From an uncultured Candidatus Binatia bacterium (GTDB lineage Bacteria > Desulfobacterota > Binatia > HRBIN30 > JACQVA1): a DNA stretch of 64,000 nt. Shown here piece by piece: positions 1-9,314 of this stretch. A program made the position numbers and the translations under genes. The stretch covers positions 888 through 64,887 of the forward strand of contig CAZYMF010000005.1 in NCBI GenBank assembly GCA_964648215.1, in the 5' to 3' direction. The notes below the pieces were generated by a model. The model made no database searches, was not told where the DNA came from, and saw nothing but the letters and a program-made list of their open reading frames with translations. The number at the start of each line of letters is the position of its first letter. The first letter of the stretch is position 1.

Positions 1-1
1 T

Positions 2-952
2 CATTTCAGCGGCGAGGTGAACAAGTACATCGGCATCGGCGCCGACGTCCGTTTCAGCGAGACCGCGACCTTCCAGGACCGGGGATCCAACGGACGCGTC
101 GACAACAACAAGGTGTTCCGCGGTCGCCTGGAGAGCAACTCGCTCGACACGACCGAAGCCGTCGCTTACCTGGAGGTGCGGCTCATCCCCGACCACCTCA
201 GCTTCTATCTCGATCAGCGGTTCGCTCCCAACACCGATACGCGCGAGGTGTTTGGACTGCTGCGCGGTCTGCCGGCCAACGGCTTCATCAAGGCGGGTCG
301 CATGTTCCTGCCGTACGGGTTGCAGCTGCAGGACGACTCGGCGTTCATTCGCGGCGGCCGCAACGGCTCGGCGACGACGAACTTCAGCTTCAACACGCGC
401 CAGTCGGGCCTCGAGGTGGGTATCGAGCCCGGGCCCTACAGCGCGATCGTCGCCGTGTCGGACGGCTCGGCCGGGGATCGGGATGTGTGGGTGACCGGGA
501 CCGTGTCGGCGATCTGGACCGACCTTCCGATCGTGCGCAACGTGCTGCTCGGCGGCTCGGCGGCGCACATGGGGGGCTCGTCGGAGAATACCGAGTTCGG
601 CTTCTTCGGCGGCACCAACCTCGGTCCGGTCACCGGGCTGGCCGAGGCCGATTTCCTCAACACGCGGACGTCGACGTCCAACGGCAATCAGGGCACTTTC
701 ATCGCCTACGGCGAGCTCGACTACCTGCTCTTCGGGTGGATGAACGTGAAGGCCGCCATCGACTACGCCGACGACGACGGCGACCTCTCCTCGCGCGCCG
801 ACGACAGCGAGAACCGGGTCAGCTTCGGCCTCGAGCCGTTTCTCAACCGCTTCGTGCAGACGCGGCTGTTCTACCGGATCGGCAACGGTGTGCGCTCGAT
901 GGCGAACCACAATCAGAACGTCCTGCTCGCCGAGCTGCACCTGTTCTTCTGA
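2..952 (+). CDS. Outer-membrane beta-barrel (porin-like) protein, 5' partial; reading frame open to the window edge
   Basis: There is no stop upstream of the track start (GTG 17), so the frame is open from nt 2. The protein is Gly/Asp/Asn/Ser-rich with alternating hydrophobic residues. It ends ...AELHLFF with a terminal Phe, typical of a BAM beta-signal. Confidence 0.5.
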   Translation, partial: HFSGEVNKYIGIGADVRFSETATFQDRGSNGRVDNNKVFRGRLESNSLDTTEAVAYLEVRLIPDHLSFYLDQRFAPNTDTREVFGLLRGLPANGFIKAGRMFLPYGLQLQDDSAFIRGGRNGSATTNFSFNTRQSGLEVGIEPGPYSAIVAVSDGSAGDRDVWVTGTVSAIWTDLPIVRNVLLGGSAAHMGGSSENTEFGFFGGTNLGPVTGLAEADFLNTRTSTSNGNQGTFIAYGELDYLLFGWMNVKAAIDYADDDGDLSSRADDSENRVSFGLEPFLNRFVQTRLFYRIGNGVRSMANHNQNVLLAELHLFF

Positions 953-967
953 CGACTGGCGGCCGGC

Positions 968-2005
968 TCAGTTGGTCCGGCGCATGAGCTCGAGGATGTC
1001 GTACCCCGTCACGCTCCGGCTCTTGGCGGCTTGCTCGGCGAGGTAGGCGCTCTCCACAGTGCCCGACTGAACGCCCTTGGCGAGGTCCATGAGGGCGATC
1101 TTGATCGTGGCCTCGTCGATCATTTCCCCGGTCTCGGGATCGGCCATCGAGCCGCCGCCCTTCTGGTGGTACAGCTCGATCACTCGCTTGGCATAGTCGA
1201 TCTGCTCGCCCGTGGGCGAGTAGCAGGCGTTGGCGATCTTGGCCTGCTGCGGGTGGATGATCCACGTGCCGTCCATGCCGAGCGCGGCCGACCCCAGGTT
1301 CTTCGCCCGCAGGCCGTCCTCGATCTTCTTGACCTGCGCCGGCGAGTCGTCCTTGCGCACCAGACGCAGGTAGACGTTGTCGACGGCGTGCAGGCCGGCG
1401 GCCTTCGCGGCCACCACCATCGACTGCTTGGCGTAGTGGAAGTTCTGGTTCTGATTGTCGACGATCTCGTGGATGCCGAGCGTCGCCGCGAAGTCGGCGA
1501 TGCCGAAGACCAGGCCGCACATGCGATCGGAAGCGGTGGCGATCTCGTAGGCCTTGACCAGGGCGTGCGGCGTCTCGATCAGCGACTCGATCTGCAACCG
1601 GTACTTCCAGCCGCCGCGACGCTCGAGGTCGTCCAACAGCTTGGCAACGTAGATGATGTCCTCGGGGCCGCGCGTCTTCGGCAGCATGATGCCGTGGAAG
1701 CGATTGGGGGCGCCGAGCATGACCGCCTCCATGTCGCCGTAGAAGAAGCGCGAGTGGATGTTGTTCGGGCGCACGCTGACGACCTTCTGGCCGAAGTCGA
1801 GAGAGTTGAGCGCCTCGACCATCACCTTGCGGCTCTTCTCGCCCTTGAACTCGTAGGGACACGCATCCTCGAAATCCGCCATCACCAGATCCACCGGCGA
1901 TTTCTTCGGGTCGGCGGCGTTCTCGTGCAGCTTGAGGTTGTGGCCGGGATAGGTCTGCTCGGTCCGCGGGATGACCAGGCGGCGACCTCCGTCGAGTACG
2001 AACAT
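968..2005 (-). CDS. HpcH/HpaI aldolase - CitE family CoA-ester lyase (malyl-/citramalyl-CoA lyase-like)
   Basis: 345 aa. Family landmarks are DLVMADFEDA, VRPNN, IMLPKT, ESLIETP, FGIADFAA and GTWIIHPQQ. SD-like GGAAGGGG lies upstream of the ATG at 2005. Confidence 0.75.
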   Translation of the reverse strand: MFVLDGGRRLVIPRTEQTYPGHNLKLHENAADPKKSPVDLVMADFEDACPYEFKGEKSRKVMVEALNSLDFGQKVVSVRPNNIHSRFFYGDMEAVMLGAPNRFHGIMLPKTRGPEDIIYVAKLLDDLERRGGWKYRLQIESLIETPHALVKAYEIATASDRMCGLVFGIADFAATLGIHEIVDNQNQNFHYAKQSMVVAAKAAGLHAVDNVYLRLVRKDDSPAQVKKIEDGLRAKNLGSAALGMDGTWIIHPQQAKIANACYSPTGEQIDYAKRVIELYHQKGGGSMADPETGEMIDEATIKIALMDLAKGVQSGTVESAYLAEQAAKSRSVTGYDILELMRRTN

Positions 2006-2276
2006 GGCGTCCCCTTCCTGCGCGCCGAAAACGATGCGCTGCGTGTCGTTGGCTATGAATCACGGCGGGTACTATCTCCCCCGAGAAAGGTCAAATTAGC
2101 AGAAGTGCCGTGCTCCCGGGCGCGTTCTAATGGGCGGGCGGATGATCGAGACGGAGCCGCGGCCATGGACTAATGGACGACATTAGGCGGCCGAGCACTG
2201 GCCTCGCTGTCCGGGCGATGGTAAGAACGCAGTCTCCGGCAAGAACAAAATCAACCGCTCGTGGGGGAACAAGCGC

Positions 2277-3941
2277 ATGTCTGAGGTCAAGAGCAATCCG
2301 GTCGATCTCGCCGGCGTGGAGCAGCTGGTGGCGACCACCGATAGCGTCGTCCGCGAAGCCCTGGAGGTCGCCGGCAAGCGCACCGCGGGCGGGAAGGGCA
2401 TCGACGACGAGCAGGTGCACTGCGAGCGCCTGGCGTACGCCGCCACCGAGGTCGCGGCGGCGCGTGATCTGCTGGCGTACGCCCAAGCGGCCGCGGCAGC
2501 GGGCCGTCGCGACGCGACCGTGGAAGCGATGGCGGCGGTGTTCGCCGCCGAGGTGGCGCAGCGGCTGAGCAATCAGATCGACGCGCATCTCGACGAGTTC
2601 GGTGTGAGCGAGGAGCGGCTGAACGGCACGCTGGCGGCCCCGGCAGTCAAAGCGCTGGTGCGGCGCGCCGCCGCCGACGACGCGGTGCGAGCCATCGGGC
2701 GGCACGTCATCGAGCAACGCGGCGTGAATCACTGCTGGATCGACAACGACCTGGCGGTGATGACGCGCGACTCGGTGCGGCAGTTCGCCGAGGCGGAAGT
2801 GGCCCCGATCGCCGAGCACATCCATCGCAGTGACGACTTGGTGCCGGACTCCCTGATCGACAAGATGGCCGAGCTCGGCTTCTTCGGCATGTCGGTTCCC
2901 GAGGAGTTCGGTGGTGGCGGCATGGGCAACCTGGCCATGATCCTCACCACCGAGGAGCTGTCGCGTTGCTCGCTGGCGGCGGCGGGAAGCCTGATCACGC
3001 GGCCGGAGATCCTGACCAAGGCGCTGCTCAAGGGCGGCACCGACGCGCAGAAGCAGGCGTGGCTGGCGCCGATTGCCGCCGGCAAGGTCATGGTGGGGAT
3101 TTCGGTCACCGAGCCGGACACCGGATCGGACGTGGCCTCGGTGAAGTGCCGCGCCGATGCCGGCGAGGCCGGGGGTAAGAAGGGGTACCTCCTCAACGGC
3201 GCCAAGGCGTGGTGCACGTTCGCCGGGCGCGCCAACGTCCTGGCATTGCTGGCGCGCACCGACCCCGATCCGAAGAAGGGCGCGCGCGGGCTCTCGCTGT
3301 TCATCGTCGAGAAGGACGTGTTTCCGGGCCATCAGTTCGAGATGAAACAGGCGACCGGCGGCGTTCTGGCGGGGAAGGCCGACGCCACGCCGGGGTATCG
3401 CGGCATGCATTCCTTCACCCTCAACTTCGACAACTACTTCGTCCCGGCGGAGAACCTGGTCGGCGAGCAGGGCGGGTTGAACAAGGGCTTCTACCTGCAG
3501 ATGAACGGGTTCGCGGCCGGGCGGCTGCAGACCGGCGGGCGTGCCACCGGGCTGGCTCAGGCTGCACTCGAACGGACGGCGGAGTACGCCAACGATCGCA
3601 AGCAGTTCGGCGAGCCGATCGGAAAGTTCCAGTTGACGCAGTACAAGCTCGGGCGCATGGCGACCCACATCATGGCCGCGCGCCAGCTCACCTACGCCGC
3701 CGCTCTGGCCATGGACAGGGACGAGTCGATCGCCCTCGAGCCGGCGATGGCCAAGCTGTTCGCCTCGGACGTGGCGGTGTGGACGACGCAGGAGGGGCAG
3801 CTCCTTCACGGCGGCTGGGGTTACGCCGAGGAGTTCGCCATTTCGCGCTACGTCGTCGACGCCCAGGTGTTGCCGATCTTCGAGGGGGTGAAGCCGATCC
3901 TCGAGCTGAAAGTGATCGCGCGCAACCTGCTCGGAGCGTGA
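2277..3941 (+). CDS. Acyl-CoA dehydrogenase, long form with an N-terminal extension of about 170 aa (methylsuccinyl-CoA dehydrogenase-like architecture)
   Basis: 554 aa. ACAD core motifs are GISVTEPDTGSDVASV, ANDRKQFGEPI and GGWGYAEEFAISRYVVDAQVLPIFEG. The core starts near aa 170 after an Ala-rich helical extension. Confidence 0.8.
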   Translation: MSEVKSNPVDLAGVEQLVATTDSVVREALEVAGKRTAGGKGIDDEQVHCERLAYAATEVAAARDLLAYAQAAAAAGRRDATVEAMAAVFAAEVAQRLSNQIDAHLDEFGVSEERLNGTLAAPAVKALVRRAAADDAVRAIGRHVIEQRGVNHCWIDNDLAVMTRDSVRQFAEAEVAPIAEHIHRSDDLVPDSLIDKMAELGFFGMSVPEEFGGGGMGNLAMILTTEELSRCSLAAAGSLITRPEILTKALLKGGTDAQKQAWLAPIAAGKVMVGISVTEPDTGSDVASVKCRADAGEAGGKKGYLLNGAKAWCTFAGRANVLALLARTDPDPKKGARGLSLFIVEKDVFPGHQFEMKQATGGVLAGKADATPGYRGMHSFTLNFDNYFVPAENLVGEQGGLNKGFYLQMNGFAAGRLQTGGRATGLAQAALERTAEYANDRKQFGEPIGKFQLTQYKLGRMATHIMAARQLTYAAALAMDRDESIALEPAMAKLFASDVAVWTTQEGQLLHGGWGYAEEFAISRYVVDAQVLPIFEGVKPILELKVIARNLLGA

Positions 3942-3963
3942 AGCCGAGCCGCCGAGGCCGGTC

Positions 3964-4200
3964 ATGGCCGTGGTCCGAGACGCGCAAGAGGTGCAGATGC
4001 TGATCGAGGCGCGGGCGCGCGCGCAGCAGATGCTCGACGAGCTGGTGCGACGCCAGGCCGAGATCGAGGCCGCCGCCGCGGATCTTTCCGAGGAGCAGCT
4101 TGCCGAAGGGCGGGCGGCATTCCAGAAGGCGACTGAATCGGCGCGGCGGGTGGTGGAGAATCTGGACCAGGCGCTGAAGCTGATCGCTCCGGTGCAGTAG
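3964..4200 (+). CDS. Small hypothetical coiled-coil protein
   Basis: 78-aa ORF with high third-position GC, 23 nt after the ACAD stop. No recognisable motif. Confidence 0.45.
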   Translation: MAVVRDAQEVQMLIEARARAQQMLDELVRRQAEIEAAAADLSEEQLAEGRAAFQKATESARRVVENLDQALKLIAPVQ

Positions 4201-4306
4201 CCGTCGAGCCCGCCGGGTCGGCTCGCGACGGCCTGCGGGCCGTCCGGCGCTTGCGCTAGCGCCGGCGCTCGCCGATACTCGCCGCAACCGCACGGAAGGA
4301 GACAGC

Positions 4307-4954
4307 ATGAAGCTCTACAACATGAACCTGAGCAACTTCGCGTCGAAGTGCCGCCTGGTGATTTACGAGAAAGGCGCGCCGGTGGAGATCGTGCCGATTC
4401 CCGGCGACGATCTGAAGTCGCCCGACTACCTCAAGATCTATCCCCTGGGAAAGACGCCGGCGCTGCAGGTCGACGGCCAGATCATCGGCGAATCCGAGGT
4501 CATCAACGAGTACCTCGAGGAGAAGTTCCCCGACAAGCCGCTGCTGCCCAAAGGGGCGGAGGATCGCGCCCGGGCCCGCTCGATCAGCCGCTTTCACGAC
4601 CTGTATCTGGAGCCGCCGCTGCGCGCGCTGTTCCCGCAGGTGAGCGCCAAGGAGAAGGATCAGAAGCTGATCGCGGAGAAGCTGGCCGAGATCAAGACGC
4701 GATTCGACCAGCTCGAGGGGATGCTGTCGAGCGGGCCGTACGCCGTCGGCGCCGCCTTCACGCTCGCCGACTGCGCCCTGGTGCCGACGATGTTCTTCGC
4801 CAACCTGCTGTTGCCGATGATGGGGGCGAGCTCTCCCACCGAGGGGCATCCCAAGGTCGCGGCGTGGTGGGCAAAGGCGCAGGAGCGCCCGTCGGTGCAG
4901 AAGGTGCTGGGCGAGCAGCAAGAGGCGCTGATGAAGATGCAGCAACAGCGCTGA
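4307..4954 (+). CDS. Glutathione S-transferase
   Basis: N-terminal thioredoxin-fold GST pattern ([39 protein letters not shown]) and a helical C-domain. SD GGAAGGAG upstream. Confidence 0.85.
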   Translation: MKLYNMNLSNFASKCRLVIYEKGAPVEIVPIPGDDLKSPDYLKIYPLGKTPALQVDGQIIGESEVINEYLEEKFPDKPLLPKGAEDRARARSISRFHDLYLEPPLRALFPQVSAKEKDQKLIAEKLAEIKTRFDQLEGMLSSGPYAVGAAFTLADCALVPTMFFANLLLPMMGASSPTEGHPKVAAWWAKAQERPSVQKVLGEQQEALMKMQQQR

Positions 4955-5009
4955 GGAGAAGCGGTTCCAACAGGTCGGGGCGGAGGCGCCGCCGCGGCGG
5001 GAGGACGTC

Positions 5010-6020
5010 ATGCGAGCGATGGTTCTGGAATCGCCGGCGCCCATCGATACGGCGCCGCTGCGCCTGTGCCAGCGCCCGGTGCCGGAGCCGGGCCCGGGTG
5101 AGCTGCGCATCCGGGTGAGAATCTGCGGCATCTGTCGCACCGACCTGCACGTGATCGAAGGCGAGCTGCCGCGGCAACGCCCGCAGCTCGTTCCCGGCCA
5201 CCAGGTAGTCGGCGTGGTCGATCGGCTGGGCGAAGGTGCCGATCGCTTCGCGGTCGGGATGCGCGTGGGCATCGCCTGGTTGCGGTCCACTTGCGGGCAA
5301 TGCGGGTACTGCCGCGCCGGGAAGGAAAATCTCTGTCAGCGGGCGCGCTTTACCGGCTATCACGAGGACGGCGGCTTCGCCGACTACGCGGTCGTGCCGC
5401 AGGCGTACGCGTATGCGCTGCCGGCGGCGATCGGCGACGCCGAGGCGTCGCCCCTGTTGTGTGCCGGTATCATCGGCTTCCGGGCGTTGCGCCGAGCGGA
5501 GATGACGCCCGGCTGCCGGCTGGGTCTGTACGGGTTCGGAGCCTCGGCGCACATCGCCATCCAGGTAGCACGCCATCTCGGCTGTCGGGTGTTCGTGATG
5601 ACCCGGGACGAGCGCCATCGCTCCCTGGCGCGAGAGCTGGGAGCGGAGTGGACCGGCGCGGCCGACGCTCCACCTCCGGAGAAGCTCGACAGCGCGGTCC
5701 TGTTTGCGCCGGCGGGGGAGCTGGTGCTCCCGGCGCTCGCAGCGCTCGATTACGGGGGCACGCTGGCACTGGCCGGCATCTATCTCACGGACATTCCCCG
5801 ACTGGAGTACGAGCGGCACCTGTTTCACGAGAAGAACCTGCGCAGCGTAACGGCCAACACACGGGAAGACGGCGAGGAGCTGCTGCGCCTCGCGGGCGAG
5901 ATTCCGATCCGGCCGCACACCACCAGCTTCCCCCTCGAGCAGGCCAACGAGGCGCTGCAGCGCCTCAAGCACGATGCCATCGCCGGGGCCGGGGTTCTGC
6001 AGGTGAGTGCGGCGGACTGA
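5010..6020 (+). CDS. Zinc-binding alcohol dehydrogenase family oxidoreductase
   Basis: [18 protein letters not shown] catalytic Zn motif, structural Zn Cys cluster [15 protein letters not shown], and [10 protein letters not shown] Rossmann motif. Confidence 0.85.
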   Translation: MRAMVLESPAPIDTAPLRLCQRPVPEPGPGELRIRVRICGICRTDLHVIEGELPRQRPQLVPGHQVVGVVDRLGEGADRFAVGMRVGIAWLRSTCGQCGYCRAGKENLCQRARFTGYHEDGGFADYAVVPQAYAYALPAAIGDAEASPLLCAGIIGFRALRRAEMTPGCRLGLYGFGASAHIAIQVARHLGCRVFVMTRDERHRSLARELGAEWTGAADAPPPEKLDSAVLFAPAGELVLPALAALDYGGTLALAGIYLTDIPRLEYERHLFHEKNLRSVTANTREDGEELLRLAGEIPIRPHTTSFPLEQANEALQRLKHDAIAGAGVLQVSAAD

Positions 6021-6119
6021 CGGGGCGGGCGCTTGTCGCCGGCGAGCGGTTTGCTATAGGTCGCTTCGCCCGGCGTCGTGCAACCGGCGAGCGGCCGGAA
6101 AACACTGGAGGTGATTCCC

Positions 6120-6899
6120 ATGGGCTACGAGTTCGTGAAGTACGAGAAGGAAGGGCATCTGGCGCGTATCACCATCAACCGGCCCGAAGTAATGAATGCG
6201 TTGCACCCCCCGGCAAACAAGGAGCTGACGGCGATCTTCGACGATTTCGCCGAAGATCCCGAATGTTGGGTGGCGATCCTCACCGGAGCCGGAGAAAAGG
6301 CATTCTCCGCCGGCAACGACCTGAAGTATTCGGCCGAGCACGGCATGGGTGCGTCGGCCTTGGGCAAGGCCGGGTTTGGCGGCATCACCGCCCGCTTCGA
6401 CCTGTTCAAACCGGTGGTCGCGGCCGTCAACGGCTTCGCGCTCGGCGGCGGTTTCGAGATCGCCCTGGCCTGCGACATCATCGTCGCCGCCGAGCACGCG
6501 CGCTTCGGCCTGCCGGAGCCGAAGGTCGGCTTGGCCGCCCTCGCCGGCGGCATGCAACGTCTGCCGCGGCATGTGCCTCCCAAGATCGCCATGGGCATGA
6601 TGCTGACGGGGAAACACATCCTGGCGGACGAAGCGCACCGGCTCGGTATCGTCAACGAGGTGGTGCCGGGCAAGGACCTCGCGGCGACCGCCGAGCGATG
6701 GGCCAATGAGATCCTGGAGTGCTCGCCGACGTCGGTGCGGGCGACGAAGCAGGTGGCGTTGCAGAGCGAGGGGATGCCGCTGGAGCAGTCGCTGAGCAAA
6801 TCCTACCCACTGATCGGGGCCCTGTTCGGCTCCGAGGACATGATGGAAGGCGTGATGGCCTTTGCGCAAAAGCGCAAGCCGCAGTGGAAGGGAAAGTAG
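6120..6899 (+). CDS. Enoyl-CoA hydratase/isomerase (crotonase) family protein
   Basis: ARITINRPEVMNAL, GAGEKAFSAGNDLK and AVNGFALGGGFEIALACD. The ATG at 6120 is preferred over the track start 6078 because GGAGGTG lies just upstream. Confidence 0.85.
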   Translation: MGYEFVKYEKEGHLARITINRPEVMNALHPPANKELTAIFDDFAEDPECWVAILTGAGEKAFSAGNDLKYSAEHGMGASALGKAGFGGITARFDLFKPVVAAVNGFALGGGFEIALACDIIVAAEHARFGLPEPKVGLAALAGGMQRLPRHVPPKIAMGMMLTGKHILADEAHRLGIVNEVVPGKDLAATAERWANEILECSPTSVRATKQVALQSEGMPLEQSLSKSYPLIGALFGSEDMMEGVMAFAQKRKPQWKGK

Positions 6900-6929
6900 C
6901 CCCGGGCCACACCGGCGCGCCGAAGACAC

Positions 6930-6968
6930 AAAGAGCCCGGGGACAAAATCCCCGGGCTCTTTGCGTTT
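6930..6968. terminator. Rho-independent terminator-like hairpin between the crotonase gene and tRNA-Gly (usable from both strands)
   Basis: AAAGAGCCCGGGG-acaaaa-TCCCCGGGCTCTTT followed by GCGTTT. Confidence 0.6.
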
Positions 6969-6974
6969 GCCGAG

Positions 6975-7048
6975 AGCGGGTGACCGGGATCGAACCGGCG
7001 ACTTCAACCTTGGCAAGGTTGCGCTCTAGCCAGCTGAGCTACACCCGC
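6975..7048 (-). tRNA. tRNA-Gly (anticodon GCC)
   Basis: The reverse complement folds as a cloverleaf: acceptor GCGGGTG/CACCCGC, D arm GCTC/GAGC, anticodon stem CAACC/GGTTG with loop TTGCCAA, T loop TTCGATC. CCA is not encoded. Confidence 0.9.
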
Positions 7049-7143
7049 ATGGCGCTTTTCTTAGCCGAGGAAGGGGCACGTGTCAAAAGCCGTTCCGCGG
7101 GGCGCGGTGCGAATATTGCGTGGGGGCTCAACGTCCAACAGTC

Positions 7144-7617
7144 ATGAACCGCTTAGCAAAGCATGACCTGCCGAAGCAGCGCGTCGCCGCCCGGCTGCGC
7201 CGCTTGGGCCTCTCGGTTCGCTCCGCGAACCCAAACCTCGGGTACGATCTCCTGGTGGACGACCACATCCGGGTCAGCCTGCGGGTAGCCTTTCCCAGCA
7301 AACGGCGCCACCGCGTCACCGTGGCGGGACGTTCCTACACCTACCGCTATCATAGCTGGCACTTCAATTTTCATCACCACGGGGAGATGCGCGACCGCTA
7401 CACGGACTTCTTCGTCTGCTTGGCGGTACCGCCCGCAGGCCTGGCGGCGCGCACGGAAACGTTCGTGATTCCGTGGGAAAAGGTTCGTGGGAAGACCTTT
7501 TCGCTCCACGCCGGACGCCGCCGCTACGCGGGGCAGTACGCTTGCTACCGGGACGCATGGGAGCAGGTGGCGGAGCTCACCCGTCGCGAGGCAAGCCGGT
7601 TGCGGGCCGTGGCCTGA
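7144..7617 (+). CDS. Hypothetical protein with weak resemblance to small PD-(D/E)XK endonuclease-fold proteins
   Basis: GYDLLVDDHIRVSLRV resembles the yDlivd...rvQVK core of group-I-intron-associated PD-(D/E)XK proteins, but the Q and K positions are S and R. ATG 7144 is preferred to the track start 7120. Confidence 0.45.
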   Translation: MNRLAKHDLPKQRVAARLRRLGLSVRSANPNLGYDLLVDDHIRVSLRVAFPSKRRHRVTVAGRSYTYRYHSWHFNFHHHGEMRDRYTDFFVCLAVPPAGLAARTETFVIPWEKVRGKTFSLHAGRRRYAGQYACYRDAWEQVAELTRREASRLRAVA

Positions 7618-7775
7618 CGGGCTTCGCCATCGGGCAGCACACCCGAGCCGCGCGTTAGGTGGGGAGGGTGTAACCGCCGCCGACCCGTTCGTGGTCAGCG
7701 GCACCCGTCGCGGCGGGCGGCGGACGCAATGTCTTGCCGCGTAGCCTGGGCCGGTGTCCGACAGGTGGGAAAGAG

Positions 7776-8570
7776 CTAGCCCTCGGCGTCGTCGTCCGGC
7801 GTCGGCGGGTCTACCTGTATCTGGACGTCCGCCGTCCCCTGCTGGCCCGTGCTCTGTCGGCTGACGAGTAACTGGGCGGTGTACGTACCGGGTTGTTGGT
7901 ATGTGTGCGTGATCGTCTTTCCTGTGCCGCTCGTACCGTCCCCGAAATCCCAATCGCAGAGGGCCTCGCTCTCGATCCCATAGGGGAGGACGGCGACGAA
8001 GTGCGAGGTCAGGGGCGCACGGCCGATGTCCGGGTAGGCCTCGATCTCGACGGCGAAGTTCGCCTCGGTCACGGTGATCGAGAACTCACGCGTTTCCTGG
8101 AGGTTGCTGCCGGTGAGGATGAGTACGGCCGTATAGTGGCCAGGATCGCGATAGACGTGTGAGGCGCTCGGGCTCGTCCGTGGCGGTGAGTCGTCGCCGA
8201 AGCTCCAGCTCACCGCCAGGCCGGGCGGCGGATTGCTCACGGTGAGGAAGAACTTCACCTCGAGGGGAGCGGCGCCCGACTGCGGCGCGGCGACGGCGTT
8301 GAAGCCGAAGGTATCCGGGGGATGCAGCGGCGGCTCTTCGCCCGGGAACTCGAGCGGTCGGCCGACGGTGGGAAAGGCGACCGCCTCGTCGCGCGGGCGA
8401 CGTTTGGCGGGGCGGAAGGAGGGGGCGGCGGCACGGTGGACGTTCGCCGGCACCCGCGCCGTGTCGGGGGCGGGGCCGCCGCAGCCGCGAAAGGTGCAGC
8501 CGGCGGCGCTCAGGCACAGTGTCACGAGCAGGCACGGGATGAGGGTGCTCGGCCGGTCGAGGGTGCGCAT
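7776..8570 (-). CDS. Lipoprotein with two PKD-like domains
   Basis: Signal peptide plus lipobox (LSAAGC). Two PKD signatures are present: WSFGDDSPP..HVYRDPGHYTAVL and WDFGDGTSG..HTYQQPGTYTAQL. Confidence 0.75.
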   Translation of the reverse strand: MRTLDRPSTLIPCLLVTLCLSAAGCTFRGCGGPAPDTARVPANVHRAAAPSFRPAKRRPRDEAVAFPTVGRPLEFPGEEPPLHPPDTFGFNAVAAPQSGAAPLEVKFFLTVSNPPPGLAVSWSFGDDSPPRTSPSASHVYRDPGHYTAVLILTGSNLQETREFSITVTEANFAVEIEAYPDIGRAPLTSHFVAVLPYGIESEALCDWDFGDGTSGTGKTITHTYQQPGTYTAQLLVSRQSTGQQGTADVQIQVDPPTPDDDAEG

Positions 8571-8746
8571 GAACGAGTCTTACTGGCCGGCCTGCGCCGC
8601 TGTCAATTCAACTGCCCTGCTGCGATCACTGGGTTGCACGACCTAGATGAATGCCGCAAGAGCGCTTGCCTTTGGCTGATTAACTGCGGTAGATTGCACA
8701 AATGACTGTCGAATTGTCTCGAACCGGGAAGGAGGCAGATACAGCA

Positions 8747-8974
8747 ATGACGAGAGATCTCAGACTCGAAGACCTCAAGGAGCGTAGTCAAGCAGTGTAC
8801 ACGAAGCTTCTCTCGGTGCGCGTCCCCGTGGAGCTGATCGATCGCATCGACGCGGTCGTCGACCAGCTCAACGCGGGCAAGGGGGAGGTGGTCGTGGCCT
8901 TGCTCAACGAAGGTTTGGGTCGCTACTCGACCGGGCGCGGCAAACTGGTCAGCCGGGCGCGGAAGAAGAAGTAG
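8747..8974 (+). CDS. Ribbon-helix-helix (CopG-like) small protein
   Basis: LSVRVPVELIDRIDAVVD is a typical RHH beta-strand plus helix. GGAAGGAGG lies 8 nt before ATG 8747. A possible promoter is TTGCCT (8666-8671)-N18-TAGATT (8690-8695). Confidence 0.6.
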   Translation: MTRDLRLEDLKERSQAVYTKLLSVRVPVELIDRIDAVVDQLNAGKGEVVVALLNEGLGRYSTGRGKLVSRARKKK

Positions 8975-9060
8975 TAGCAGTAGAAGAACACGGGCGCTCC
9001 CGCCGCCGGCGGAAGCTGGGTTGCGCAGTTGCACCCCCTGTGTTAGCAGGCCCGTCACAC

Positions 9061-9133
9061 GGCGGCGTACCCAAGTGGTTAAGGGAGAGGTCTGCAAAAC
9101 CTCCATGCAGCGGTTCGAATCCGCTCGCCGCCT
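9061..9133 (+). tRNA. tRNA-Cys (anticodon GCA)
   Basis: Acceptor GGCGGCG/CGCCGCC, anticodon stem GAGGT/ACCTC with loop CTGCAAA, T loop TTCGAAT, discriminator U. Confidence 0.9.
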
Positions 9134-9229
9134 CTCTTCTCCTTGCGTCAGCCTTCGGGTGACGCCCGTCCGCTGGCGATGACTCGGCCGTTTGTGACAC
9201 CCGTGGAAGGCACAGCCGCGCTCAGCCGC

Positions 9230-9314
9230 GCCGGGGTGGTGGAACTGGCAGACACACAGGACTTAAAATCCTGTGGGGGTTTCCCCCGTGCGGGTTCGAG
9301 GCCCGCCCCCGGCA
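9230..9314 (+). tRNA. tRNA-Leu (anticodon UAA), long variable arm
   Basis: Acceptor GCCGGGG/CCCCGGC, anticodon stem CAGGA/TCCTG with loop CTTAAAA, variable arm GGGGGTTTCCCCC, T stem GCGGG/CCCGC. Confidence 0.9.

Noticed and set aside
843-3965. Large antisense or out-of-frame ORFs over the lyase and ACAD genes (843..2063, 1031..2173, 2127..3965). The same phenomenon occurs elsewhere: 15142..16914, 21884..24145, 40487..42523, 42394..43683, 44331..45566 and 49232..50569.
   Set aside because: These are typical high-GC shadow ORFs. Their translations are Arg/Gly/Pro/Ala-rich with no motifs, and in each case another frame or strand encodes a protein with unmistakable family signatures.
8747-8974. 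The RHH protein as the antitoxin of a toxin-antitoxin pair.
   Set aside because: No adjacent small toxin ORF exists on the same strand. The next features are tRNA genes, and the upstream neighbour is a divergently oriented lipoprotein.
6975-9314. Integrative mobile element inserted at a tRNA gene.
   Set aside because: There is no integrase, excisionase or transposase. The islet lies at the 5' sides of the tRNAs rather than downstream of a 3' end. I found no duplicated tRNA 3' fragment (att-like repeat).
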